Below are positions 20,804 to 31,481 of a DNA stretch of 64,000 bases, in pieces. The position numbers were made by a program, and so were the translations under genes. Within the stretch, counting starts at the first letter, position 1, and every line of letters starts with the position of its first letter. The stretch is taken from positions 128,001-192,000 of the forward strand of contig CAVPXI010000007.1 in NCBI GenBank assembly GCA_963709585.1, read 5' to 3'. This DNA is from Candidatus Dormiibacterota bacterium (GTDB lineage Bacteria > Chloroflexota > Dormibacteria > Aeolococcales > Aeolococcaceae). The notes below the pieces were generated by a model that was not told the origin of the DNA, did not search any database, and saw only the letters and a program-made list of their open reading frames with translations.

Positions 20804-23762
20804 CTACTGAAACCAGCCCTCGATATCAAGGATCGCGTTGACGTTCCCCGCACCGTTGTAGAGCCACACGTCACCGATCGCCGAGTCGCTGGTGTCGAGC
20901 TGCACCACGACGAGATTGGCGAGCACCGCACCCGCAGCGGCGTTGATGTCGGAGGCGAGTGGCAAGCTCAGGTTTGCCGGGTACAGCGTCAGAAACGTCG
21001 CCTGATCCGGCAGCACCGCGGTGAGGTTGCCGACGACCGCCTGGATCACCGGGCTTCCGGACGGGATCCCGTACACGCCGGCCACCGTGACCAGCTCAGA
21101 CGCGCCCGGTCCGAGCTCGGGTCCGGAACAGCGCACGCCGGACGTGAGCCGCGTGTCGCAGACCCTGGTTGGACCGATCGCCTGATACTGGTAGCCGGTC
21201 GCGGCGGTGGCACTTCCGTACCAGCCGTTCGCGTCCACATAGATGTCGATGGCTCCTGCCGCGCTGTAGACACACACCGAGGTGTCGGCGCCTCCCGGCG
21301 CCGCGGGACCCAATGCCACCATCACCCGATTCGCCACCACCACACCGGCAGCGAGGTTGAGCGTTGAGAACGGGGGAGCATGCGATCCGCTGTACGCGCA
21401 CGTTCCGCTCAACGTCGTCGGGAAAACGCTGAGGTAGGTCGGCGCGGATCCGGCAATGCCCGCGATGTTGAGCACCGCCACCGCGGCGTGCGCTCCGGGG
21501 ATCGCATCGCTGCCTGTCCCGGTCACGTTGACGATGAGCGGCCGGCCACTCAACAACTCGCCGTGCGCCCGGCACGGGCTCGCGGTCGCGGTGCTCCGGG
21601 TGTCACACACGCGGACCGGGGCGATCGGATGAAACTCGCCGGTCGGGTCCCCCGAGGAGTCGGGTACGAAATATCCTTCCACGTCCGCGACGACGTCCAC
21701 GGTCCCCAGTGCGTTGTAGATGTTGATCTCGCGATTCGCATCAGACGGACCGCTCTGCCCGAGGGTCACGGTGACTAGGTTGGCGGTTGCGCTGTGCGCG
21801 GGAAAGTTGATGTTGGACGCCCGCGGGCGGCCGGTTCCGGTCGGGTACACCGTTAACAGGCTGAACGTGCTGTCGTTGACGGCGGTCACGTTGACCACCA
21901 CAGCAGTGGCGGTTGCCGGTATCGGATCACTCGGCAGGCCGCTGACCCCGGTCATCTGCAGCGTGCGGGTCACACCCGGACCGAGCGCTCCGGGGCCGCA
22001 CTGGATGCAGCCGCCGGAGCGCGTGTCCAGAATACGGAATGGGATCACCGGGACGTATCCGGCGAGGTTCGCATAGATGTATCCCGAGCCCGCGGTCAGG
22101 GCGCTGGTCCCCAGAGAATCAGCCACCTGCAGCTGGACGTAGCCGGCAGTGCCCGCCGGGGTCGTGAACGTGAACGAGTTCGCCGTCACGCTGGCCGGCG
22201 TCACCGCCAGGCCACCGATTGTTGCGGTCAGCCCTGGCTGGAACCCGGAACCGACGACCGTAACGCTCTGGCCGCCAGTCGTCGGGCCGGCGGCAGGAGA
22301 GAGTGCGCTGATGTTCGGGCCATCGGGCACTGCATCGACCTGAGTGCCACCCTCGACGTAGATCATCCCGTTGGAGGCTGACGGGGACGTGAAGTGGTTG
22401 CTGCCGCTGATCCCATAGCTCATCAGCACGCTGCCGTTGGTCGCGTCGTACTGGTACAGCGTGCCCCCGTCGCTGCTGACCGACCAGACTCCTCCGCCGA
22501 CGACGATCGGCGGTTTGCTGGATGCCTGGCTGGTGTTGTGCCATCCCAGCGAGAAGTCGCTGTTGGACGGGGGGATCTGCACCGCCTGCAACCCGTCGCT
22601 GCATCCGACGAACACGGTCTCGATCCCGCCGACCATGCTGTACGCGAGGCTCCCGAAGGCGGCATCACTCGTCGCGGAACAGACCTGATGGGAGGCGATG
22701 CCACCGCTGACGTGCCCGAGGGCGGTGCTGTCGAGCAGGTAGCCCATGCCGCTCTTGCCAACTTCAAACACGCGGTTCCCCGGCAGCTGCAAGGGTGTCG
22801 TCGAACCGAGATCGGCGTCGCTCGCGTTGTCCTGCCACCACGTCGGGCCGCCGCCATGGTTGGCATCGGTGACCCCGCTCGGGGCGAAGTAGTCCTGGAG
22901 TGCCAGGGTGCCGGCGGCGAGCTTGATCGACTCCATCGCTCTGGTCGTAAGGGTCGGCGCTGCTGGTTTGGTTGCTGTTGCCGGTGGCGACGAACACGTT
23001 CCCGGCGGCGTCCACCGAGGCTCCGCCGGCCGCCCAGGCGCCCGCCTCCATGTCGGTCGCGGTGCGCGAGGCGGCCGCCCACCACTGAACCGTACCGGCA
23101 CCGGTCTCCGGATACCGGATCACATAGCCGCGGTAGCCGTCGGTGCTGTTCCCGGGGTTCGTGCAGTCGCCGGCAAGGCCGCCGAGGGTGACATACGCGG
23201 CGCCAGCTGCGATCGTCAACGCACCGCGCTGCTGCTGATAGTTGGCGTCGAAGTTGATGCCACCCCTGTTGCCGGGGTTGATGTTCACGTCCCGGGTGAT
23301 CGTACCGGTCGACAGCGACAGCGTCACAAGATCGAATTCGAACGTGGTCGGTGTGTGCTCGACCTCAGCAACCACGAAGACATTCCCCGCATCGATCACC
23401 GGGGTCCCCGTGATCCCGAGCGGGTTGATGTTGCCGCACGGGAAGTTGTCCGTTCGGGGTGTGCCGACGTGGGTGCTCCACACCGTGACTCCGGTCGTCG
23501 CGTTGAGCGCGTAGACGGTGTCGTTCTCCGTTGCGACAACGAGCTGATTGCCGACGATGACCGGCTGCCCGTAGACCTGCCCATCCAGCGAGACCGACGT
23601 CCACGGAGCGCTCCCGCTCACCGCCTGGTCGGTGCTGTCGTTGCCCTGGCGCGTGTTGTCGCCGTGGTATGTCGGCCAGTCGGCGGACGCCTGCGTGTAC
23701 GCGAGCAGCGGCGCCAGGACCGCCATGGTGATGATCAGCCGGCGCACCTTGAGCATTGTCAT
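20804..23762 (-). CDS. Large secreted protein: PQQ-like beta-propeller, IPT/TIG domain and three C-terminal repeats (apparent +1 frameshift near 22928)
   Basis: Signal peptide; DWPTYHGDNTRQG, VYALNATTG..VW; IPT-like P.ISALSPAAGPTTGGQSVTVVGSGF; repeats starting P.RILDTR, PVRVCDTR, PTRVCDTR. Confidence 0.82.
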
Positions 23763-23842
23763 GCCTGTCCGGTCATTCCGATGACATTCTGGTCACGGCG
23801 TTCGGCTCCGTGCCGTACCCTCTGAGCCCTGAACAGTCCTGG

Positions 23843-25593
23843 ATGGCCCGATACCTCCGAGCTCCGCATCGGTCTCGGCTGCATGCGCCTCTCGACGGAC
23901 GGCGATCGTGACGACGCGGTCGCGCATGAAGCAATCGCCGCCGCCGCCGATGCCGGAATCACGATCTTCGACACCGCGCACGCGTACGGAGCCGGCGAAG
24001 CGACATTGGGGGACAACGAGCGGCTCGTCGCCCGAGCGCTGCGCCGCTGCGGTGCGGATCGGCGCGCGCGCATCATCACCAAGGGCGGCATGACCCGGAC
24101 TGCGGGCGGCTGGGTGCCGGACGGTCGCGCGAAGGCGATTCTCGGCGATTGCGAGGCGAAGTCTCGCCGCCCTCGACGGCCTGGTCATCGATCTCTACCT
24201 CATCCACGCCCCGGACCCGCGAACACCCTGGCAGACATCGATACGTGCCCTCGCCCGGTTGCTGCACGACGGCTCGGTCCGGCGCGTCGGGCTGTCGAAT
24301 GTTAACCGGCGTCAACTCGAAGCGGCGGTCGATCTGGTCGAGATCGCCGCCATCGAGGTGTCATTGAGCCCGCTCGACGACGGCGCCGTGCGGGCCGGTC
24401 TCCTCGACTTCTGCGAAGAACGCGGAATCGCGGTGATCGCCCACTCCCCGCTCGGCGGCCCCCGCCGGGCGCGCTCCCTCGCTCGCCGACAGGAGTTGGT
24501 GGACGTCGCGCGGGCTCGTGGTACGACCGCCCAGGAGGTGGCGCTCGCATGGGTGCTCGCACTCTCACCAGTGGTGGTCGCCATCCCCGGAGCGCGACGC
24601 CCGGAAACGGCGCGTTCAGCCGCCCGGGCAGCGACGCTCCGCCTCGGGGCGGGCGACCGAGCACGCATTGCCACCGGCTTCGCGTGGCACCAGTCGAGGC
24701 CGGGCGATCGCTCCCCAGCGCGCGTCGAGGAGGCGGAGGTTGTTGTGGTGATGGGCGTCCCCGGCGCCGGGAAGAGCCGCCAGGCCGAGGACTACGTGGC
24801 CCGGGGTTACGTTCGCCTCAACCGCGACGAGCGCGGAGGGTCGCTCCGCCAACTCAGCCGCACGCTCGGCGACGCGCTCTCGTCGGGGGCTCGCCGGGTC
24901 GTTCTCGACAACACATACCTCACTCGCGAAGCGCGGAGTCACGTGATAGAGACAGCGGCTCGGAATCGTGCCGGGGTTCGGTGCGTCTGGGTAGACACAC
25001 CGCTCGCTCAGGCGCAGCGCAATCTCGTCGAGCGCCTCCTCGATCGGTTCGGGTCGCTTCCCGACCCGGGCGAATTGCGCCGGCTGGCACGCCGCGATCC
25101 GGGAATCCTGACGCCGACCAGACAGATGCGCGCCGTGCGCGAGCTCGAACCCCCGTCGATTGACGAGGGATTCGTTGCGATCGAGCGGATATCGTTCGCT
25201 CGCGCGCCGAGGCCGTCAACGCGGAGCGACGCGCTCGGAGGGGCCTTCGTCGCGGCCGCAGCGCTCAACCGTCCTAACTGGGAAGACGCGATCGCTCGGG
25301 GCTCCCCGGCCAGGCCTCACCTGCTCTTCGACTGGAGACCCGAGGCGACCGTCGACGTCCTCGACGCGGATATCGCGCGACTGTCCGCCGAGGTCAGCGG
25401 CCCGGTCAGCTGCGCGCTGTGCCCGCACGCGGCGGGACCGCCGGTGTGCTGGTGCCGGCCACCGCTCCCCGGACTCATCCTGGCGTTTGCGCGGACGCAC
25501 GATATCGATCCCTCGGCTTCGATATTGATCGGCGCGGGGCCGGCGCACCGCACCCTCGCCACGACGCTCAGCGCTGACTACATCGGCGTCTGA
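23843..25593 (+). CDS. Aldo/keto reductase fused to a P-loop kinase (AAA_33/PNK-like) and a degenerate HAD (GmhB-like) domain; frameshift near 24160, start uncertain
   Basis: IGLGCMRLS, FDTAHAY, TKGG, DLYLIHAPD, VGLSN, HSPLGG, AIPGARR; then GVPGAGKS, RLNRD, VLDNT; then CPH...CWCRPPLPG. Confidence 0.82.
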
Positions 25594-25643
25594 AGCCGAC
25601 CGGGGCGCTGCGAGGCGCGTGGCCGAATTGCGAAAGTAGGCGG

Positions 25644-26384
25644 ATGTCGGAGCACTACGGCGCGCGCTTCTTCGGGGAGCGCGAGGCCGCCGTCTACGAC
25701 GAACACCTCGCGGAGATGTTCGACCCCGCCGTGATGACACCGGTGGTGGAGATGCTGGCGGACCTCGCCGCCGGAGGCGCGGTGCTCGAGATGGGGATCG
25801 GCACCGGCCGGATCGCGCTCCCACTCGCTGCGCGCGGCGTCGGGGTCCGCGGGATCGACGCTTCGGCGGCGATGGTCGCTCGGCTGCGCGCCAAGCCAGG
25901 TGGTGACACGATCGACGTCACGATCGGTGACTTTACGACGACCCGCGTCGACGGAGCGTTCGCGCTCGTGTACCTGATCTTCAACACCATCTTCAACCTC
26001 AAAACGCAGGATGAACAGGTCGCATGCTTCCAGAACGCCGCAGCCCATCTCGACAGCGGAGGTCACTTCCTTATCGAGCTCGGCGTGCCTGACCTGCAGC
26101 GGCTGCCACCCGGCCAGGACGTCTTCGTCTACCGCGTCGATGCACGCACGATGTCGTTTGACGTCTATGACGTCGTCACCCAGCGGCTGACGTCGAATCA
26201 CTTCGTCGTCGACGATGGCCGCGTCAGCTCCTACCCCGTCGAAGGACGCTACGCCTGGCCTTCGGAGCTCGATCTCATGGCACGCCTCGCGGGCTTGCGG
26301 CTTCGTGAGCGCTGGGCCGGCTGGAAGCGTGAACCGTTTACGAGCCTCAGTCGCTCACACGTGTCGGTCTACGAGAAGCCCTGA
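25644..26384 (+). CDS. Class I SAM-dependent methyltransferase
   Basis: VLEMGIGTGRIALPLA, GIDAS..M, RYAWPSELDLMARLAG. Confidence 0.92.
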   Translation: MSEHYGARFFGEREAAVYDEHLAEMFDPAVMTPVVEMLADLAAGGAVLEMGIGTGRIALPLAARGVGVRGIDASAAMVARLRAKPGGDTIDVTIGDFTTTRVDGAFALVYLIFNTIFNLKTQDEQVACFQNAAAHLDSGGHFLIELGVPDLQRLPPGQDVFVYRVDARTMSFDVYDVVTQRLTSNHFVVDDGRVSSYPVEGRYAWPSELDLMARLAGLRLRERWAGWKREPFTSLSRSHVSVYEKP

Positions 26385-26412
26385 CACCGCAGCGCCTGCT
26401 TGACGCCCAGCG

Positions 26413-26709
26413 TTAGGGGTGCGACGGAGCCGGAGGCGCATCCTCGATTTCGAACAGGAGGTCATCCGGGTAGCAGTAGTACCAGTCCTCATGCGGCTCG
26501 TACGACCGGATGATCGGGTGGCCGACCGCCTTGAAGTGCCCGGTGGCATGTTTCCCGGGTGAGTTGTCGCAGCAGCCAACGTGTCCGCATTCCTGGCAGA
26601 CGCGCAGGTGCACCCAATCGTGGCGACCGGCGGCGACGCACTCGACGCAACCGGCTCCCGAAGGCGTCACGTCGTGGATCTGGTCGAGATGCTGGCAGAC
26701 GTCGCTCAT
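26413..26709 (-). CDS. Stand-alone UBP-type zinc finger protein
   Basis: C.HL...CVEC...WVHLRVCQECGHVGCCDNS..KHAT.H....HPII.S.EP.E.W.YCY. Confidence 0.9.
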   Translation of the reverse strand: MSDVCQHLDQIHDVTPSGAGCVECVAAGRHDWVHLRVCQECGHVGCCDNSPGKHATGHFKAVGHPIIRSYEPHEDWYYCYPDDLLFEIEDAPPAPSHP

Positions 26710-27647
26710 GTGGAACTCCTTGCAGCGGGGGCAGCGGACCGAGGGGCGGGCTGCTCGAACGTGGTCAAGTCCGTATTCCATCCCATCAGCGCCGCCGCGC
26801 CGTCATAAGAGGTGGCGAGAAAGTCACGAATGGCACGGCGTGGATCGGGGGATGCAAGCGCCGCGTCGTACGGGAAGAGAAACTCTCCCGCATCCGAGCT
26901 CCAGGCCGCCTCGGGTGGCCGGACCTGCACCGAGTCGATGCCGGGTGGCGCCGGGAATGCGTAGGAGAAGAACGCGGGGGAGGCCAGGCGATGATCACCG
27001 GGCCACCATCCCGCGCAGATCAATTCCGCGTCCGTACCGAAATGCATGATGGGGTTGGGAACCTTGAGCGGTTCGACCAACCTCCCCGAGTATCGGGTGA
27101 GGGCGAGGTCGAAGGTTCCCCAGAAGAAGTGCACCGGCGACGTACGCCCGCGAAACTGCGCGCGGTGTTCCTTCATGACCAGGTCGACGATAGAGAGCGT
27201 GCGATGAAAGCGCTCTACCTGCGCCGGGTCGTAGGTGGCATGGGTGCGATCCTCGGGAAAGGGAATGGGGTCCGGTACCTCGGACGGCAGCACTGAGATG
27301 CTGACGTCGATCTGCATGCGCCGAAGCGCGTCCATGACGTCGCCGTAGAAATCGGCGACCGCTCCGCCCAGCGGGCGTCGCTCCACCCGTCCGTCATCGG
27401 TGCGGAGCGCGAGCGCATGGTCGTGGAGGTCCAGTTCGGCGTCGAACGAGCGCAGGCCGATCGGCACCGGCGACGTGGTCAGCCCGCGTGCGGTGACGTA
27501 CAGGGGCACGTTCGCCCATCCCGGCTCGAACGGGCTGAGCGCAAGACGAAGCTTTCCGATCACCTGCGTGTACATGTGCAGCGTGTCCCGAGTGGCCCGC
27601 CACTCGGCATACGGCAGAGCCGGCCACTCCCCGGCAGCGTCGCCCAT
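26706..27647 (-). CDS. DUF5996-like protein
   Basis: WPALPYAEW..TRDTLH..TQVIGK.RL; FRGRTSPVHFFWGTFDLA.TR.SGR; GWWPG; AFFSYA.P.P; stop overlaps the zinc-finger start (ATGA). Confidence 0.82.
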   Translation of the reverse strand: MGDAAGEWPALPYAEWRATRDTLHMYTQVIGKLRLALSPFEPGWANVPLYVTARGLTTSPVPIGLRSFDAELDLHDHALALRTDDGRVERRPLGGAVADFYGDVMDALRRMQIDVSISVLPSEVPDPIPFPEDRTHATYDPAQVERFHRTLSIVDLVMKEHRAQFRGRTSPVHFFWGTFDLALTRYSGRLVEPLKVPNPIMHFGTDAELICAGWWPGDHRLASPAFFSYAFPAPPGIDSVQVRPPEAAWSSDAGEFLFPYDAALASPDPRRAIRDFLATSYDGAAALMGWNTDLTTFEQPAPRSAAPAARSST

Positions 27648-27734
27648 CTCTCCATGATGATGCTCACGGGCCTGAGCGCGGCGGCGTGGCTCCGGTTGTC
27701 CCCCCGATCCAGGGGAGGCTACTGTGGCGGCGGC

Positions 27735-29347
27735 GTGAGCGACGCTCCCCCGACCACCGACCTCGAGGCTCGTGGCTCCACCTGGTCGCCGCTGCGCATC
27801 GGAGTGTTTCGAGCCCTCTGGCTGGCGGTGCTGGTCAGCAACATCGGGTTGTGGATGCAGACCGTGGGTGCTCAGTGGCTGCTGGTGGAGCAGCCGCACG
27901 CCTCGATCCTCGTGGCGCTCGTGCAGACGGCGGACATGCTCCCCGACGTCATCTTTGGCGTGGTGGGCGGGGCGCTCGCCGACATGTTCGACCGCCGGCG
28001 GCTTCTCATCGCGGTGCAGGCCTTCATGGCCGTCACCGGCGTCGCGCTCACGGTGTTGACCTTCACCGGTCAGATGCCGCCGGCGTTGCTGCTGACGTTC
28101 ACCTTCGTCCTCGGGTCGGGATCGGTGATCTCCCTGCCGGCGTATCAGTCACTCATCCCGGACCTCGTCCCGCGCGCGCAGGTTGCCGCTGCGTCGACCC
28201 TTGGGTCGATCAGCGTCAACGTGGCTCGCGCGATCGGACCCGCGATCGCGGGCGTGCTCATCGCTCGAATCGGGGTCGGAGCGGTCTTCGCGATCAACGC
28301 CGCGACCTTTCTCGCGTACGGCATCGTCGTCGCCGCCTGGCATCCGCCGGTCGAGCCGTCGACGCAGCTTCCCGAGCGATTCGTCTCAGCGCTCCGCGCG
28401 GGTGGCCGCTACGTCCGCTATTCGCCGGTCATGCGGCGGATGCTCTTGCGCGCCTCGCTGTTCCTGGTGCCCGGCAGTGCGTTGTGGGCGCTCCTCCCCC
28501 TGGTCGCGACGCAGCGCCTGCAGTTGGGCGCGAGCGGCTATGGGCTCCTTCTCGCGGCCCTCGGTGTCGGCGCAGTCGCGGGGTCATTCCTTCTGACCCA
28601 ACTCCGTACCAGGCTGAGCGCCGATCGCCTGCTTGTCGGCGCCAGCTTGGTGTACGCGCTGGTGATGGCCGCGATCGTGCTGATCCCCAACGTCATCGTG
28701 GCGGTGGTGGCGCTGCTTCCGGCGGGTCTGGCGTGGATCGCGGTGCTGTCGACGATGAACGCCTCGCTGCAGCTCTTCCTCCCGGGAATGGGTGCGCGCC
28801 CGAGGTCTCTCCGTCTACCTGACCGTGCTGTTCGGCAGCCAGGCGGTGGGCGCGGTCCTCTGGGGGGTCGTCGCAGCGCCGAAGGGCGTGCTTCCCGCGT
28901 ATCTCATCGCCGCGGCGATGATGGTCGGCGGTGCCGCGACCGTCAGGATCTGGCCGCTGATCGACACCGCCGGCATGGATCGGCGAACCGTCGCACTGTC
29001 CGCGCCACAGCTGACGGTCGAGGCCGCACCCGACCAGGGCCCGGTGGTTGTCAGCATCACCTACACGGTGTCGCCGGAACGCGAGGCCGCCTTCGTGGAG
29101 GCGATGGTTCGCGTGCGCCTCTCGAGGCTGCGTACCGGCGCCAGCCAGTGGGGTCTCTTCCGCGACGGTGAGACGGCACACGAGTTCGTCGAACTGTTCG
29201 TCGTCGACTCATGGGATGAGCACCTGCGTCAGCACACCGATCGAACTCACCGGGACCGATGCCGAGTACCTGGACTCCGCGAACTCGTTGTCGGACCCGC
29301 CGCCGCGCACCACGCACCTGATCGCCGCGGAACCTCGAGGCGATTGA
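27735..29347 (+). CDS. MFS transporter (MFS_3-like) with soluble C-terminal domain; two apparent +1 frameshifts (near 28787 and 29245)
   Basis: WSPLRIGVFRALW..VSNIG.WMQ, GALADMFDRRR, NVARAIGPAIAG; C-terminal GPVVV...Y...R.RTGA..WGLFRD...SWDEHLRQH. Confidence 0.88.
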
Positions 29348-29401
29348 GGAAGAACCGGCAGATCCACGCTCGGGCGCCGCACACATCGCGCGGGCTGCGG
29401 C

Positions 29402-29696
29402 TCAGCTGGTGGAGGCCGCGTCCTGCATCTCGATCCAGGCGAGGCCGCGCAAACCAAGGCGGAAACGTCCTCCCGCATGCACCACCACCATCAGGACGCT
29501 CTCACAGACTTGGCATCGGAGCACCGCGCCCGGCGAGCGCGGCGTCATATACAGGTGTTGCGCGCCCATCTCGCCCACGGCGCCACACGTCGCGCATGCA
29601 CCGCGCGCCACGGTGAGCTCGTGAACGAAGACTTCCTGCAACAGCCCCGCCGCGGCGTTGCCGTCGAGTTCTCAGCTGTCTTTCGTCCATCTCCAT
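29402..29696 (-). CDS. DUF6510-like small protein with two CxxC motifs (apparent +1 frameshift near 29669)
   Basis: After correction: ..LDGNAAAGLLQEVF..ELT.A...CATCG...Y...PGAVLRCQVC. Confidence 0.8.
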
Positions 29697-29697
29697 G

Positions 29698-30453
29698 TCA
29701 CCCTCCGGTTGGGCCAAATCGCTCGGTCTTGATTCGAGTGGGCTCGTGGCCGAGCTGCACGAGCGACTCTGCGACCAACTCGACGAGTGGCGTCGGGCCG
29801 CAGACGAAGATCAACGGTCGCTCAGCCGGTGGCCACGCCACCGTGGTGAGCATCTCGGTGTCGATGCGGCGGTGGAGACCGGCCCAACCCTCGGGCTGGT
29901 CGCGGGTGAGCGTGTGGATCACCGTCAACCCGGGGCCCATCGCCACGAGCCGGTCGAGCTCGTCTCGATAGATGACATCGTCGAACGATCGCGACGAGTA
30001 CAGAAGCCGGGTCGGGACCGCACTGCCGGCAGCCTGCCGGAGACGGAGCATGGCCATCAGGGGACAGATGCCTGACCCACCGGCGACAAGCAGGAGCGGA
30101 CCCCCCATGGCGACGTCCCAGACGAAATACCCCCCAATCGGACCGCGCAACTCCAGCCGGTCGCCCGGGCGCAGCTCCCCGGCGAGGTACGGCGACACCT
30201 CGCCATCGTCGAGACGCTCGACGGTCAGGGCCAGTCGCTCGGCGGCGCCCGGTGCCGAAGCGATCGAGTAGCTGCGCTCGGCCTGGTATCCGTCATCCGC
30301 AGTCAGCCGCACGTCCACATGCTGACCGGCCCGATGCCCCGGCCAGCCCGGGACCGCCAGCTCGAGGCTGCGCACCCGTGAAGTTTCTTCGACGAGGGCG
30401 ACAACCTTGGCGGTCCGCCAGATCAGTCGCCGCTGTAGCGCTGTTCCTGCCAC
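29698..30453 (-). CDS. Ferredoxin-NADP reductase-like flavoprotein (no Fe-S domain)
   Basis: RAGQHVDVRL, RSYSIAS, GEVSPYL, RGPIGG.F, AGGSGICP, CGP, TERFG. Confidence 0.92.
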   Translation of the reverse strand: MAGTALQRRLIWRTAKVVALVEETSRVRSLELAVPGWPGHRAGQHVDVRLTADDGYQAERSYSIASAPGAAERLALTVERLDDGEVSPYLAGELRPGDRLELRGPIGGYFVWDVAMGGPLLLVAGGSGICPLMAMLRLRQAAGSAVPTRLLYSSRSFDDVIYRDELDRLVAMGPGLTVIHTLTRDQPEGWAGLHRRIDTEMLTTVAWPPAERPLIFVCGPTPLVELVAESLVQLGHEPTRIKTERFGPTGG

Positions 30454-31028
30454 GGATCGCCGTACATGTGATAGCCGTACGTCTCCCAGAAACCCGGCGA
30501 GTCCTCGTTCATCAGTCGCAGCCCGCGGACCCACTTGGCGCTCTTCCAGAAGTACAGGTGCGGCACCAGCAGCCGCGCCGGGCCGCCGTGCTGGCTCTCG
30601 AGCGGTTGTCCGTCGAATGCGAATGCGATCCAGGCCTTGCCGCCGGTGAGGTCCTCGAGCGGGAGGTTCGTCGTGTACCCGCCATCGCAAAGGGCCATCA
30701 CGTAGTCCGCCGCCGTCTCGATCCCTTCAAGCAGCGTATCGACCGAGACCCCCTCCCACGTGGTGTCGAGCTTGGACCACTTGGTCACGCAGTGGATGTC
30801 GCGCTTCACCGTCTCGCTCGGCAACGCACGCAATTCCTCCCAGGTCCAGTGCTTCTCCACGTCGACCTCGCCGTCGACGGAAAACGACCACTCGGCGAGC
30901 GATGTGTGCGGCGTGGGGCGGGCCGAGAGGACGGGAAAGTCGCGAACCAGGTACTGACCCGGCGGCAAACGCGCATCTCGAGACTGGTCGCGGGGCCGTC
31001 CCTTGAACGCCCGGCTCACGAACCCCAC
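30423..31028 (-). CDS. Sulfite oxidase-like molybdopterin oxidoreductase (cytoplasmic, no Tat signal)
   Basis: RLPPGQ, DIHCVTKWS (Mo-ligating Cys), HGGPARLLVPHLYFWKSAKW, GFWE..GYH..GDPW.EQRY. Confidence 0.92.
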   Translation of the reverse strand: MGFVSRAFKGRPRDQSRDARLPPGQYLVRDFPVLSARPTPHTSLAEWSFSVDGEVDVEKHWTWEELRALPSETVKRDIHCVTKWSKLDTTWEGVSVDTLLEGIETAADYVMALCDGGYTTNLPLEDLTGGKAWIAFAFDGQPLESQHGGPARLLVPHLYFWKSAKWVRGLRLMNEDSPGFWETYGYHMYGDPWQEQRYSGD

Positions 31029-31197
31029 GCGGCTACCTCCACACCGGCAATTGTGGACGGCGACCGATCGGGCCGCAAGGCGGATGTCGACCCGCTCCGG
31101 CGAGGGGCGGCCCACCCTCCGAAGGTTTAGCTCGGTCCCGATAGGGTATGGTGATGGCATCGCCTCGAACATCGAGGGGTATCGCTCGTGGTCGTCA

Positions 31198-31246
31198 TTC
31201 CTTCTCGAACGGACGCGCTGCGTCTGTTTTGCATAACGAGAGGGAA
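31198..31246 (+). promoter_or_regulatory. Structured 5' UTR of the cold-shock gene
   Basis: Nested stems TTCCTTCTCG/CGAGAGGGAA and AACGGACGC/GCGTCTGTT directly upstream of the GGAGA RBS; possible -10 TATGGT at 31147. Confidence 0.5.
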
Positions 31247-31260
31247 TTGGAGAGACCAGA

Positions 31261-31461
31261 GTGACTGGTACCGTCAAGAAGATCGTGGCCGAACGCGGCT
31301 TCGGCTTCATCACCGCCGAGGATGGACAGGAGTACTTCTTCCATCGCAGTGGACTCGACAGTTCGCTGACCTTCGAAAATCTCGCGGGCGATGAGCGCGT
31401 GAGCTTCGAGATCGAGCGTAGCGACAAGGGCCCGCGTGCCCGCCAGGTCCGCGCGGCCTGA
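31261..31461 (+). CDS. cspA: Cold-shock domain protein
   Basis: TGTVKK....RGFGFI...DGQEYFFHRS...V.FEIE...KGPRA..V (RNP1/RNP2). Confidence 0.92.
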   Translation: MTGTVKKIVAERGFGFITAEDGQEYFFHRSGLDSSLTFENLAGDERVSFEIERSDKGPRARQVRAA

Positions 31462-31481
31462 TCCTCGCTGCGTGAGGCATC

